NCBI GenBank assembly: GCA_036785375.1
Contig: JAWMAR010000049.1
Coordinates: 5,890,001-5,954,000, forward strand
Direction of reading: 5' to 3'
DNA length: 64,000 nucleotides
Source: Leucoraja ocellata
Lineage: Eukaryota
Notes under the pieces: model-generated
The model's database searches: none
What the model was told of the DNA's origin: nothing
Seen by the model: the letters and a program-made list of their open reading frames with translations, nothing else
Shown here: positions 1-13,719 of the stretch, piece by piece
How the letters are laid out: every line of letters starts with the position of its first letter
Numbering within the stretch: position 1 is the first letter of the stretch
Program-made: the position numbers and the translations under genes

Positions 1-204
1 TCACTTGATTGAAATTGAGTAGCAGGAATGCAAGTCGGAGCATATCTGGCATGCAGCTGGCTTTTGTCATCCATCACGAGATCTATCTGGACAATGCACA
101 AACTCTTGAATCTTGATCTCAGCCAAAACCTTTCATTATTCAAATTTGATTTTTTTTTTTAATTGATCTAATATTTAAGCTAATATCCATATTACTACAC
201 CTCT

Positions 205-470
205 TGGGACATGGAAACGGGCCTCTCCACCCAACTCACCAAAATGCACATCTAAGTTAGCCCTATTTGCCTGCATTTGATGTACCTATCGGAACCTCTC
301 CTATCCATGTACTTCCTCTGGCAGCTCACTCCATATACCCTCAGTATGGAAAAAATTTCTCCTCGGGTTTCTATTAAATCTTTCTGCTCTCACTTTAAAC
401 CTAGACCCTCTAGTTCTTGATTCCTTAACTCTGGAGAAAAGACTGTATGCATTCACCAATCTATGCCTAT
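205..470 (-). mobile_element. Degenerate CR1/HER1-like LINE 3' fragment
   Basis: Reverse complement resembles the CR1 3' ends at 9300-9600 and 58600-58880. Confidence 0.6.
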
Positions 471-787
471 CTTATTTCCGGATGGGTTCTGCAACTTTAA
501 TGTGACAAACCAACAATCTTCCAGTCTTGACTCGTGTTTGCCTGATTTCAGACTTGTCTACCTGATCATAGCCAGATCATTTCCAGTAACTTCCTAGCCC
601 CTACTCCCCGACCTGCCAAATTTCCTGAAATGTTTACCCTTTCCAATTCCTCATTTACTTCCTATCTCTTGGCAACATCACCTTCAGATATGGTGTTATT
701 TACTGACATCAACATTGAAGTGTCTACCCACGCTTTTCTTGATGACTCCGCTACTAATATCAGTTGACTCGGATTAGTTATCAAATA

Positions 788-882
788 AAAGGTAGACAAA
801 AGTGCTGGAGAAACTCAGCGGATGTGGCAGTGTCTATGGAGCGAAGGAAATAGGCAACGTTTCGGACCGAAACCCTTCTTCA
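788..882 (-). mobile_element. Penelope-like short element with hammerhead-type core, 16-bp TSD
   Basis: Minus strand reads CTGAAGAAGGGTTTCGGTCCGAAACGTT; flanked by GATTAGTTATCAAATA (772-787) and GATTAATTATCAAATA (883-898). Confidence 0.7.
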
Positions 883-1946
883 GATTAATTATCAAATATC
901 CAGTTTTGAGTTGGCCATAACTACTTCTGTTTTAACATTGCTATTGATTCCATTCCCTTAAATAGGCTTAAACTCTGACTTTACTATAGAATAAACTTTT
1001 ATACCACTAAGTAACGGATAAGTCAAAGTATTTCTTCTGACAGTCATTGTGAAGGTTTCCCCATAATGTTAATTATGATGTTTGTGATAACTGCTAAGCT
1101 GTTGTACGTCTCTTCCAAACCAATCTATTATGATTCTTCCGTCTTAATGCTGTTTGATTTCCCTGGTGGCTGTAAATAAAATGACATTGCTTTTATCTCT
1201 GAGTAGCTGTGTGAAGGATCAAGGATAAAGAACTTTGTGTAAGTGCTTCAACAGATAACCCCAAATTAGGCTGAAAGTCAGTTGTACAGCACTTCAATAA
1301 ACCCTTCAGACCACATGTCCGTGCTGACTTTGTCCCATTTGCCTTCACTAGGTCCATATTATTCCATGCCTTTTTTTTAAGCCTAAATGTCTCTCAAATG
1401 CACTTATTGTACCTGACTTCCTTGATTAGAATTACCCAAATAATAACACATAATTTGAATTTAATGTAGCGCCGTATTTACAATGTTTAGGTGCCATTTG
1501 TCTGTCTGCTGTTTAGAATAGTTGATACAGTCCAATAAACATTTCTTCCATTATTATAAAAGGAAAAGAAAAACTCCAGTTTCAGGATGGTTGGAATAAG
1601 TGCCTGCTATTGAAATTGTTTAGCCTTTCAGAGTATAAAACTGGTTATAATTATGAACATGGATCTGAAACATTATTGACCAATGTATGAATGCTCTCCT
1701 TTTCATCAGATTAAATCTATCACTTGTTCTGTCCCTTTTGTACCAGTTTTGAGTGGCGGTAAATGCCAGCTGTTTGAAATGTGATGCAGAAATGTTTGAA
1801 TAATTCTAATATGCAATATTGTTTTTTTGCTTTCTAAATCTTTGAGGGTTTTATTTTGGCTAAATAAGCCAACAGCGAAACAAATCACAAAAATAGGATT
1901 TTAATTTAAACATGAACCAAGGATTAATAGTTTCTATAATTACTTT

Positions 1947-2255
1947 AACCATATAACCATATAACAATTACAGCACGGAAACAGGCCATCTCGGCCCTAC
2001 AAGTCCATGCCGAACAATTTTTTTTTTTTCTTTTTTTTTTCCCCCTTAGTCCCACCTGCCTGCACTCGTACCATAACCCTCCATTCCCTTCTCATCCATA
2101 TGCCTATCCAATTTATTTTTAAATGATACCAATGAACCTGCCTCCACCACTTCCACTGGGAGCTCATTCCACACCGCCACCACTCTCTGCGTAAAGAAGT
2201 TCCCCCTCATATTACCCCTAAACTTCTGTCCCTTAATTCTGAAGTCATGTCCTTT
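1947..2255 (-). mobile_element. CR1-like LINE 3' end
   Basis: ORF2 C-terminal peptide GHDFRIKGQKFRGNMRGNFFTQRVVAVWNELP; (AACCATAT)n tail; near-identical to 34438-34730. Confidence 0.9.
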
Positions 2256-2264
2256 CTGATGAAG

Positions 2265-2712
2265 CATATCCTTGCATGCAAAGGATATGCAACAAAATAC
2301 TAAACATGACTACTTTCATTTACATGATATTGCTGTGTCCCAAACATTATGGTGCCTTGAAGTGGGGGGGAACTATGTATAAACACTCCTGTAATTTCTA
2401 GCCCTTGTGGCTAAAGGGATCAGGGGGTATGGAGAGAGGGCAGGTACAGGATACTGAGTTGGATGATCAGCCATGATCATATTGAATGGTGGTGCAGGCT
2501 CGAAGGGCCGAATGGCCTACTCCTGCACCTATTTTCTATGTTTCTACACAGTGAAACCAAAATATATAAAAAATGGCCTTTAATAAAATCTGCCAATGTG
2601 CACTTTAACCACATGTGATTCTTTTCTATTACAAATCTCAAATTGTGGAGTACAGAGGCAAATAAATAAACGATGGAAAGTGAAATTGTCCCACACATAA
2701 TGGAGGGCACTG
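2265..2712 (-). mobile_element. Tc1/mariner-like terminal (IR/DR) fragment interrupted by a CR1 tail
   Basis: Ends GGAGGGCACTG|TA (TIR CAGTGCCCTCC plus TA); inverted homolog at 38075-38378. Confidence 0.7.
2401..2546 (+). mobile_element. CR1-like 3' tail nested in the Tc1-like fragment
   Basis: GGATGATCAGCCATGATCATATTGAATGG...GGCCTACTCCTGCACCTATTTTCTATG, shared with 15593, 41150 and 58330 copies. Confidence 0.8.
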
Positions 2713-5700
2713 TAGTAGGGCATCCTTCATGATTCTTCCTCCCCACCTCACTTCCCCAATCTTACACTTGTGAATTAGCCCTTCTGACATTTTTTTTACT
2801 TTTGATGAGGTGGTCTTTTACTTGAAATATTCTTTTGTTATTGACTGGGCTGCAAAGTGCTTACAAAATGTTCCGTCTATATTATGTTGTGTGAGATTGA
2901 ACACCGACTTTTTTTGAAGTTGATGGAGGGAATTTTAACATCATGTGCCAATTAGAGAAATTGCTGGTGCAATGTAATCTTCAACCTGTCTCATTATCCT
3001 CTTAATTCTTAGTCATACTCTGAGCAGGTGGATTTACTCCAGATGACCTTCTGTGTCCCATGATTGAATGCTTCATTTTGCTGCATAAATGACCATGATT
3101 AAGTTACACAATTTGAATACACTTTCCATTTGTTGTCCTCTGCAATTGGCTGACCTGTTGAGCTTTCTTTTGAGATCTACCTTCATTTGAGTACAGTATG
3201 GGCATAAATCTTGTTCGAGTGTTGTCGGTGCAGGTTGGACTATGGTCTGCCTGTACTGCTGCCCGCCGGAAAGGATAGTACCTGCAGATGGGTGAATGAT
3301 TATTGGGGCCAGCCAAGTTACAGTATTTCTGAAATCTTCCCATGAAATTCACTTTGCATTGCAATGTAAACTGATACTTGGTTCTCTGAGTAAAATACCA
3401 TATAATGACTGAAACTTTAATGTTTATGACAAGGCTAGTATTTGAACAAACAATATGAATTGTAATGCTGAGTAATTGATAATATTATTTGTACAACTTT
3501 GGAAATGTATCTTTACTTTCTTTGCACTTTGTCAATGTATCTATGTTCTATATTAAATGTTGGGCTGTTTCCATGCTGCATAACTCTGACTCTATGGAGT
3601 TGAAGCATATACAAATATATGCAAGGATAATGTTACTTGATTCTGTGTTTACAGCAATATGCATTAATTTCTGCATTGCACATACAAAATAACTTCTCAA
3701 TGAATTATGTAGATCTGATTTTCTTTTAGAATTGAAACAAGGATGTGACTACGGTAGAAGCCTGATCAAAGCGTGGACAAATGGGATTAGTATAGATAGG
3801 CATCATTGGTCAATATGGAAGAGGTGGGCTATAAGGGCCTGTTTCTGTGCTGTATGTTTTGTCTCAGTTCATCAAAATCCTGGATGGTAGTCCTGATTTG
3901 GAGAAGATGTAGTAATTCCTATAAACAGATTCTTATGAGGTGGTAGTGTTGATAGTGTTAGCTATGGAAGTGGATAAATTTATGACTTTTTAAAAATATT
4001 TGGACCGATAGATGGATACAAAGGATTAGAGGTGGTGTTGGGGAAGAACTACCATGATCGTATTCAATGGCAGAGCAGCTTAAATGGTCAAATGGTCTGT
4101 TGCAACTTCAATTTCTTATCATGTTATGTCTGCCTGCACCAAATCTTGATTACTTTATAATCCCTAAATTTAATCTCCAAAATGTACAATTATACCTTCT
4201 GCTTCTGAGTCCCTAAGGTCAGAAATTCTCTTTTAAAACCTGTTTCTATGTTACTTGCATCTTTCAATGTCTTCTTTAGGAGCTGTCTCTTTGGCCAGCT
4301 ACTCCAGTAACCACATAAAGTGGTTCGGTTTTACTTTTGGGTCAAAAACATGCTTTTGCTTCAAGTTTTTTTAAAAATGTTAGCCATTTTGGTTAATTTA
4401 TCATTTTGGAAGAACAAAGTGCATCATTATTTGAAAATAGCACCATATTTAATTTAATAAGACTGCATAATCTAAATGTATTTTTTAGATTGCTGCTCCT
4501 GTTTGCAAACACTGCTTTAATACCCTACAGCACTTTAAGGGTGAACTATGCTCAACTCCTTTTTTACATTGCCTGTTCAGAACAGGTCATTGCAAAATTG
4601 TGTACCACTTAATTTGGCTTAATGGTCTTTAATTTTAATGTCACTATTGCATTTTTTCATATTGAAAATAAGGGTGGAAAACCATGGTACTTTTGCACAA
4701 AATCACTGTGGTTTCAATTTGGGAATTTTAGAAATTCACTTCACATTGATGTTTTGTTGCTTTAAGATGCTGGTGATGGACTTATTTGGAGGGTTAAGTT
4801 CAAACAATTTCTCAAATGGTTTATGAATAAACCAGATCTGCAATTGTGTGACTGCTTATTGAAAGACATTTTTAGTATATAAAGTATAGCCTCTTTAAAT
4901 TGAAAACCCTCCCTTTTCTGCTACCTTTCTCCACCTCTGTAGTTGTATAATTTACAAGTACAGAGAAGAAGGAAGGTTGCACCACAAATGTTTCCCACAT
5001 TCTGGGTTTTTCCAGCAATTTCCAACTCAAAATAGATTGAGATGTTTGACAAAAATTTTATAAAATGTCAAGGGACTGTGGTGGTCATCACCGGAAAGGA
5101 ACAACCAATTCCATTGTTGCCGTTTTGTATCAACAGGGAGCTCCCTTTTAAATTTGCCGTACAGGGTCAATAAATACCAGGGGTGGTGGAAAGGGAAACG
5201 ATGAAAGATTGTAATTATTCTGCTGCATTTAGCAAATGGAAGGGATTATTGGTGTTCGGGGTGAATGATGAATAGACCAAGAAGTTAAAGGGCATACTTG
5301 GAATAGTGAAAGGGTTAGGGACAAGATGACAATGTTTAAGTGGTGGCAGAGGATGATCCATTGAACGCAGAGGCTGCCAGAGCAGAAAATAAGGGGTTAA
5401 CTATAGTTACTCTTTAGATTACTGAGTAACAATTGCAACCTGTATAAGTTGCTTGCTTGGAAAATCAACGAGATAAAATAACTAGAAACACCAGCATAAA
5501 ATTATAGTTCAAAATTGTCAATTTGTTTTTACAATGTGCAGTGGTTTGTGTGACAAATAACACTTTGGAGCTTTAATTTGGTTTATAAATGCATTTCTTA
5601 AACTTTGTTCAAGTTAAATCTAGTAAATTTATTGTGAAAATAAATATTGAGCTGGCTGTGATAGGCAGTTAGAATTTAAATACTGCCTGGGATTGTGAAT

Positions 5701-7819
5701 CATTGATTTTTTTTTAATTTAATAGAATAAATAATTTGGAACAAATATTTCTCTGGATCTCCTGGGGGAAAAAAAGCTGCAAATTATTTAAAGCCATGTC
5801 TAAGATGCAGCAAAATTACAGTATTGTTACACAATTTTGAAAAGGTTGACTTTTGTGGTAAATATGTTTCTGAACCCATGAATTTGATAAACTGATATAT
5901 TAGTTTTTGTGGCTGAGATGCAGCAATGCTCCCAGTGGTATCCTATTATTAGATTGAAATGGATTAAATCTGCCTTAAAGCCAGCTGGGCAATGAGATAA
6001 TACACAGCTGCAGTCAACATGGCAACTGGATTCTGTTTCTCTGCAGTCCGGTTCTAATCTGAAAAATGTTCAGAAATAAGGCAAATTCAAAACTATGAAG
6101 AAAGCAGGGGTGGGTGAATGAATCCACTACATTCTAATACAGGAATGGCATGCAGTGGATTTTTGAAGTTTAGAAAATTCTCTCCCTCTCCATGTTTTTT
6201 TCCTTCAGTAACCACCTGCTGTTCTGTAGTTTGTATTGGGGGGGAAATGGCTGGTGTGACGATTGACGTGAATGGGCAAAAGTTACAATGTTTTTATTCG
6301 ATGTAGCTGATTGAGTTCATGTTAAAATTCTAGGAAAAAAATGATTAAAAAAAGAGATTTGAAAGGAGATGCATTTTAATAGTTTTTTTATTGGAGTTGA
6401 AGAGTATAATGAAGCTGCTTGATGTGCTCCATAACGAGCTATGAAAATGACTGGTTATTTGTGCTCAGTTTGCCCTTTTCCCCCACCCACACTTCCACTT
6501 GCGATCTCTTCCTGGGGAATTTCCAAGATGGCAGCAAATTGTGTGAAATGACAAGTTCCACAACATACTCTGCCAAAGCTTAGTGAACATTTGATAGGTG
6601 ACATTTGTTTTGTACAAAGACTCATTACTCATAAGACAAGAATAGAACCTTTTGCATGTTTCAATGAAAACTCCATTCATACCATCAACTGGATGACTCT
6701 ACTGCTTTGAGACAACTTTTTGCATAATGTAAAAGTTCAGTGCATTGGAAAACACAATGTCGTGGTGATTTCCATCTTCCACCCCCAAAATTGTATTTAT
6801 TTACCAAGGGGCTTAACAGGAGCATTGTCAAACAAAATTGGACATTATCCAATGATATGTAAGGGAAGATTGCTTGGTTAAAGGAAGGGAGTTTTAGTAA
6901 GGAACAAGTGGTAAAGGCAAAGGTTTTTTTTCCTAGTCAAGTTAATAAAAACGGTATCTGGCACGAAATGAAAATCAGAGGTGATCTTCAGACTACTTTC
7001 AAGAAATATGAAAAATCTAACAATAGGTTGTCATTCTTTATTTTCCCTTACTGTTTATCATGTCCCCTCTTCTATAGGCCATATATGACAGAGCGGGAAA
7101 AAAAACAGGTTCCAGAAGTCAACTGGCTGACACATTCATTCCTAGATCCATAATCGTAAAACCGCTGTATTTCTGCTGGTATTCATATTCTTCGTAAGAA
7201 ACAAAGTGCTGGAAATAGTCTGCATATCAGGTTGCATCTTTGAAAAGAGAAATGAAGTTAACATTTCAATCACATAGGAAAAATTGGGCAGCGAAGAGGC
7301 AGGCTGGAGAGCACAAGATCAAGGCATTTTTAAATTATATTTAACCCCACGGGTTAATATTTTGGAGTGATAAGAAACAATCTTTATTTTTATAAAAATA
7401 CATAAATCAAAAATGCCATAATATGATTCACATTGTAATTGATTACTGTAAGGCTTTATTATACCATTTTATCTTGCATGGGAATTATTACTCCAACATG
7501 CAAAGTACAAATGTAAAGTATAACACTCTTAAAGTTATTAGCTAATTTCCTGGCAGTCGTTCCATCATTTGACAGTGATTGAAAATGTTTTGAATAAACT
7601 ACAATACAGTTCATTTTTAATAAATTTTCCTCTGACAATTTGGTGTCTGTTTTGTAAGCAATGATTTTGTATCAGTGTTAAGATTTTCTGAGTTGTATCT
7701 CTTGTTTTTAAAAAAATGCTGCATTAGAGAGAAATCCAAATTAACATTTCAGGTCAATGACCTTTGATTTGAATATTGCTGTATCTATTATCTGCTAATG
7801 TATTTGCTTCTATTTACAG

Positions 7820-7951
7820 TGGAAGAATCTGATATAATTGATCTTGAGAAACGGTATTGGTTGCTGAAGGCTCAGTCAAGGACAGGACGTTTTGATTTGG
7901 AAACATTTGTTCCTTTAGTTTCACCGCCCATCCATCCATCTTTAAGTGAAG
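7820..7951 (+). CDS. USP32: USP32 coding exon (first in window): xEESDIIDLEKRYWLLKAQSRTGRFDLETFVPLVSPPIHPSLSEG
   Basis: tttacag acceptor, G|gtaata donor, 132 nt, phase 1-1. Confidence 0.95.
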
Positions 7952-8614
7952 GTAATAGAAGCCGAGAGAAAAATATAAATTAGGCATGGATGACAATTAA
8001 TGTTTCCAATGTGAATTGGTGCAATCGGATTTATTGTCAATTCAGATTCTATAATGTAACATGCATTTAAGCTGATGGAGTTGACATGCATTTGAGCAAA
8101 TTATGAGTTCATTACCACTACTCAGATGCTTAATGAAGTGTCTTGGGAGAGAAGGAGCGAGGGAGTGAAATAGGGATAGAAAGGAATGGCTGGAGGTGGA
8201 GTGGAAGAAATTGAGCAGCAGAGAGCATTGAAGATGCTGCACAAAAGCCTTACTTTTTGGTGTGATGGAAGAAGAAGATTCGAGGTAGATTTTCTCGAGC
8301 CATGTCAGCTCACAGGATCTGGGAAGATGCAATTTGACCCCCACTGTAAAGGATGGAGTTACTCCCCTGACTGCAGAAATGCTGAATTCTAACAAAATAT
8401 GCAAGCATAGAGCAAGTTTAAGCCCATTGCGAAACATACATTTGCACTCCGAGAGGGAAGTCAGATGACTTTGTGTTTGCTGTAGTGGATGGCTGGTAGC
8501 TCACTTTGTTTCAGTGAGTTGTAAGAAGGGCAATGCTTTGGTTTAAATGATATGTTTGCCCCTTGGAGAGTGCCAGGAAAGAAGAAAGTGCTTGAATTTG
8601 CTTGGTACTTAGTA

Positions 8615-9600
8615 CTTCATGGAAGGAAGCAGAGGGTGATGGTGGAAGGCCGTTTCTTGGACTGGAGGCCTGTGACTAGTGGTGTGCCTCAGGGTCCGAT
8701 GCTGATTGTCATCTATATTAATGATTTGGATGAGAACATGCATGGCAAAATTAGCAAGTTTGCAGATGATATAAAAGTTGGTGGTTTTGCAGATAGTAAA
8801 GATGGTTGTGAAAAATTGCAGCAGGATGTTGATCGATTGGCCAGGTGGGGTGAGGAATAGTTGATGGAGTTTAATACAGGGAAATGTGAGGTGTTGCATT
8901 TTTGGAAGTCTAACATGGGTAGGACCTACACAGTGAATGGCAGGCCTCTGTGGAGTGTTGTAGAGCAGAGGGATCTAGTAGTGCAGGTAGATTGGGCGGT
9001 CAAAAACGCATTTAGCACATTGGCCTTCATCAGTCAGAGTATTGAGCATAGAGGTTGGGAGGTCATGTTGCAATTGTAGAAGACTTTGGTGAAGCTGCAT
9101 TTAGAGTATTGTGTTCAATTCTGGGCACCATGTTATAGGAAAGATATTTTCAAACTGGAAAGGATGCAGAGAAGATTTACAAGGATGTTGCCTGGGCTAG
9201 AGGGTCTGAGTTGTAGAGAGAGTTGAGTAGGCTGGGATTCTATTCCTTGGAGCACAGGAGGATGAGTGTGATCTTATTGCGGTGTATAAAATCATGGGAC
9301 AAATAGGTGGGGTAGATGCACAGAGTCTATTGCCCAGAGTAGGTGAATCGAGGACCAGAGGACATGGGTTTAAGTTGAAGGGGAAAAGATTTAATAGGAA
9401 TCTGTGAGGAAGTTGAGGCAGGGACTAAACTATACCAACATTTAAGAAACAGTTAGACAGGTACAAGGAAAGGACAGGTTTGGAAGGATATGGACCAAAC
9501 ACGGGCAGCTGGGACTGGTGTAGCTGGGACATGTTGGCCGGTGTGGGCAAGTTGGCCGAAGGGCTTGTTTCCACACTTTTTCACTCTATGACTCTATGAC
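8615..9600 (+). mobile_element. CR1-like LINE, ORF2 (RT) 3' portion, disrupted
   Basis: Peptides GRKQRVMVEG..WRPVTSGVPQG..YINDLDE..KFADD (RT motif); (CTCTATGA)n tail. Confidence 0.92.
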
Positions 9601-10689
9601 TTGCATGATTTCAGCCTCAAAGGTTTTGCATCAAATGGAGTTTATTTTTAAAGTCTAACTAGGAGGAAACAAACTGACCATGTACAGCAAGGTCTCAAAA
9701 CATAGCAGAATAAAATAAAATGTGTTGCTATACTGTAGTGATGTTAGTTGAGAGTTAAATGTTAAAATGAGCACAGGTCAAAATGTTTTTGTCATCTCTG
9801 GTGAGTGCCATGGAGTCTTTTGAAAGCAAACATTTGGTTTGGAGCCTCGAACATAGATACCAGTGAAAGTGCAATGGTCGGTCAGTGGGAATGGGGCATA
9901 GGGTCAATTGATTCCGGCTCAGATGAACGTTGTGCCAAGATTTCTGCTCATAAATAATCTAATAACACACGTTTTCAGTATTTGAAGAGTTTGTTTGGAG
10001 AATCTCATAATCCCTGCCCAAATGTCCTTTGACATTCCTCAACATCAGTCTGAAATTTCCTCCAGGCTAGGTTTCTGATTTTGCGGTTCTTCAGAATTGT
10101 AGTTGGATGTGTTTTGTTATAAAATAACATGATATGTCGTGTTATGAAAGCAGTATCTACAGGAGATTCATATTATTGAAAATATATGATGTTTGGCCAC
10201 AAACATCACTTTATACTTGCATTGATTCCCAGAAAAAGACGTGCATTTTTGTTTTGAAAGAGACGGTGAGAATGTCAGAATTGTTATTAATCACCTAAAT
10301 TGTGTTGTCCCTCCTTTGTGATCAAATAGATTAGTCACAAAACCCCACTCTTTAGGCTGAATCATTTACTCACTCTGATTTTGCCGACTTCATACCAAAA
10401 ACCATTGTACAAAGTCTAAAGTGGATTAGATTAAACTGTGGCGATAATGCAAGACCAGGAAAATAAACTATTATTTCATTTGATACAGCGGCTTCCTGGT
10501 TATGAATGACATGACCTACAGAAATCCAACTTTTATGTAAATTCTCCCAAGCATTTTAAAGCTTTTTTTTTTAAAGAAAGTTGCAATAATAATGATGTTT
10601 TTGTGTTTATTAATAACTGAATGCAGTAGGTATTTCATTAGTTTAATTATGGATAGTGTTAGGTTGAATATTCTGAACTGAATTAAAAA

Positions 10690-10820
10690 AAAACATTTAG
10701 GCAAGTACATGGATAGGATAGGTTTAGAGAGATATGGGCCAAATGCAGGCAGGTATGACTTATGTAGTTGGGGCATGTAGGTCAGCGTTGGCCAGTTGGG
10801 CCGAAGGGCCTGTTTCCATG
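10690..10820 (+). mobile_element. CR1-like 3' tail fragment
   Basis: GGATAGGTTTAGAGAGATATGGGCCAAATG...GGGCCGAAGGGCCTGTTTCC. Confidence 0.7.
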
Positions 10821-11115
10821 ATTAAAGTATTATACCAGGTGTATATAGAGTGATAATAGAAAATAAATGTTTTTGTTTTATGGAAAAATCGGATTGGAGA
10901 CAATTCTCATGAACTGATTGCGTAACTCAGCAATTGTCTGTACTTGATTTGGTGGTGTAAACAACGCTAGTTGTATGCATGAAGGACTATGGATGGTCAA
11001 ATGATGTAATGCATGTTAATTATAGCTTGCCTGTATAGGAAAAATGAGATTATGAACTAAGAGATTATTGCAGCAAAAATCCATTTGTGATGTATAATAC
11101 CAATTTATATTGCAG

Positions 11116-11223
11116 GTTTATTCAGTGCTTTTGATGAAAATCGTGACAATCACATAGACTTCAAAGAAATTTCTTGTGGACTTTCTGCTTGCTGTAGAGG
11201 ACCTCTTGCTGAACGGCAGAAAT
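11116..11223 (+). CDS. USP32: USP32 exon, EF-hand: LFSAFDENRDNHIDFKEISCGLSACCRGPLAERQK
   Basis: tgcag / gtaagt, 108 nt; EF-hand loop DENRDNHIDFKE. Confidence 0.96.
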
Positions 11224-12098
11224 GTAAGTTTTTCTAGGTTGAGCTGTTCTATAACAGCTTGAAGAAAGTTAATCTGTGTGTTAAATGCCTGATAATTTTG
11301 GAAATACAATGCAGTTTTGTTCAATATTAGGCAGAATGTCATTTTTATCAAAACGTACTATATTTTCACGTTCATAAGTACCTGATTTAGAATAAGATTT
11401 AAATAAGCACAGTTACTCGATCAAATCCAATAAGAAAAGGATGCAGTGTCAATCACTGCAGAATTAAGAAGGCTATTTGCTATGTTTTGCAGAAATTGAA
11501 AGCACAATGCAATTCCCAACAGGAGGTTTGTTAACAATGTCCAAAAACTAGATTTTGACCAGGTTCTGAAATGGATTTCAATTTCCTCCATCTTGCTTGG
11601 AATGGTTTTGAAAATTGTGGCATTCACATAGTAGAGTGATGGGGAGAGATGTTAAGCTTTTTGGATGAGAATTAATGTTAAATGTGATTTATTGCATAAT
11701 ACTGAATATATTGTATAGCAATATTTTGTAAGACATAATATATTGTATAGCAATATTTTAGTCGATAGTAGATTGCCATACAAGTATAAAATCCAAACAA
11801 AGATTCCGTTTGCAAGCTAAATGTTTTGATTTGAACTCTATGAAGATAATGTGGCATTTTTCTGTAAAATAAAAACAGAAAACAATAGCATTCATAGAAC
11901 AATGTCTGCAAAGACAAAAGGCATTGTTGATGCTGGAAACAGTATTTCCCCCGTGCGCCTGTTAGTCTAATTATTTTCATTATTCAATGTTTTATTTAAA
12001 ACAGATTTTTTGTTAACATAAATCTTAATATATAACTTTCAGTTTTTCTCCTGTTAGATTTTTATTAAATTAAGGTGAATTGTGCTTTGTTTTATTAG

Positions 12099-12214
12099 TT
12101 TGTTTCAAAGTATTTGACACTGACCGAGATGGAGTTCTGTCTCGCACTGAATTAGAAGCAATGATCGTTGCACTTTTGGAAGTCTGGAAAGATAACCGCA
12201 CTGACAGTATTCCT
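12099..12214 (+). CDS. USP32: USP32 exon, EF-hand: FCFKVFDTDRDGVLSRTELEAMIVALLEVWKDNRTDSIP
   Basis: ttattag / gtaagt, 116 nt; EF-hand loop DTDRDGVLSRTE. Confidence 0.96.
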
Positions 12215-12579
12215 GTAAGTAATGGCATTGATTTGCACTGTTTCATATTCTTTAATTAAAAGTGTAAACCATGAATTAATTTCATACTGTTACACTCTTA
12301 CTAAATTCATGGATTTATTTAAACAAAAAGAAATTCATTTATATTCAATCATTCCAAAATAAAACACATCTTCTAGTCTTTTGGTTTGCCTTTAAATGAT
12401 CGGCTATATTCTTTCTCTGCTACTTGTAAGCCAAGCCTTGATACCCTTCTTCATGTTGCATTGCATTATCTCTGTGGGTCTCCGGCCTGAACACTAACAA
12501 ATATATAAACCTCTGTGCTATAAAAAAAAAAACCGAACACACACTCGCTGCTGATCTGGAAACCTGATATGAATCCATC

Positions 12580-12862
12580 ACTGCAGTGCAGTTTCCCCAA
12601 AGCTCCAGGGACATGGGTTCAATCCTAACCTTAGATGCTCTCTCTGTGCTGTCTGTACATTCCCCCTGTGACCATGTGGGTTGCTGCTGCATTCTTTGAT
12701 TTTCGTCCACATGCTAAAGATGTACCAGTAGATTAATTGGCTTATCAACATAGGAGAGAATATCGCCTGAAATAAATAGGAGGGAAGTAAGGAGAGAGAA
12801 AATTGATCTGATGGGATCACTTCAGAGCTAGCTTAGACCACATGGCTGCTTCCTGTGTTATA
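12580..12862 (+). mobile_element. Degenerate HE1-like SINE
   Basis: B-box-like GGTTCAATCC followed by TCCCCCTGTGACCATGTGGGTT core similar to the 56381 copy. Confidence 0.55.
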
Positions 12863-13719
12863 AGATAACAATCGGCTATGGCCCAGTGTGGAGAGATTGC
12901 CTCCAGGGTCGCTGGAGTGAGCAGTGTGGCTCAAAGCTGTGTGATGACTGGCGCAGAGTCCATTGCTGGAAAATCTCACCACCTGTGGTGACAGCTACCT
13001 CAGATCCTGGAGTCTCTAGACGGTTAGCTGTATTTGTTATATGGTTATATGGTTATAAGTTGCTGGCTCCCCTAACAGCAGTCAGGTTGGGCTAAAATGC
13101 AAAAGTATAATCTCTTCCACAATACAATAGAGACTACTTTTCATTTGTCCTTATACAATAGAGGCCACTTTTCAGTTGTCTTAATTTGAAATGGAACTCA
13201 AATTTTAAGGTAGGCAATAATAATAGAATGATCTTAGTCAACTATTTCACTTCTCATTGGAAAGCAACAATGTTTGGGACCTTTCAAAAAAAGGAAAATT
13301 CCTACAATTATATAAATTCTGTTTGATTTCCACAGTGAATTGAGGGTCATTTTTACCCATATATTTAACTGGTGTGCAGGTCCCATTTTTGGCGTTCTAA
13401 CAATAGCAAGGGAAGCAAGTCAACCGATTGTTACTGTGACAAAGTATTTCTGTTGTCTACATCCCATCTTAGCTTCTATTAGCAGAAAGACAAATATTGC
13501 TAACGATTTAAGTCTCCAGCAACACTTTTTTTTTATTGAATACAAATCAAACATTGTACTCTCACAATTAAAACCAAAAATAAAGTAGTTATTCAAAATT
13601 CTTTATCTTGTCTTGTGGAAAATAACTGGGTCTTTAGCTGTTACTTTATTTTATATTAACAAACTACCTCTTTGAAGTATTATGTCATGGGCATGAACAT
13701 ATGGATTACAAGAATAATA

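Noticed and set aside
1-7819. Further upstream USP32 exons or an independent gene
   Set aside because: No segment matched the expected preceding USP32 peptide; short ORFs are AT-rich noise or TE fragments, consistent with one long intron.
11706-11759. Short local duplications (22 bp here; also ~13123-13183, 17047-17080, 51596-51640)
   Set aside because: These are two-copy slippage-type duplications with no further structure.
12880-13060. GC-balanced segment with TGATGA ending in a CR1-type (GGTTATAT)n tail; possible snoRNA or retrocopy
   Set aside because: There is no matching D box or terminal stem and no recognisable peptide in the frames read.
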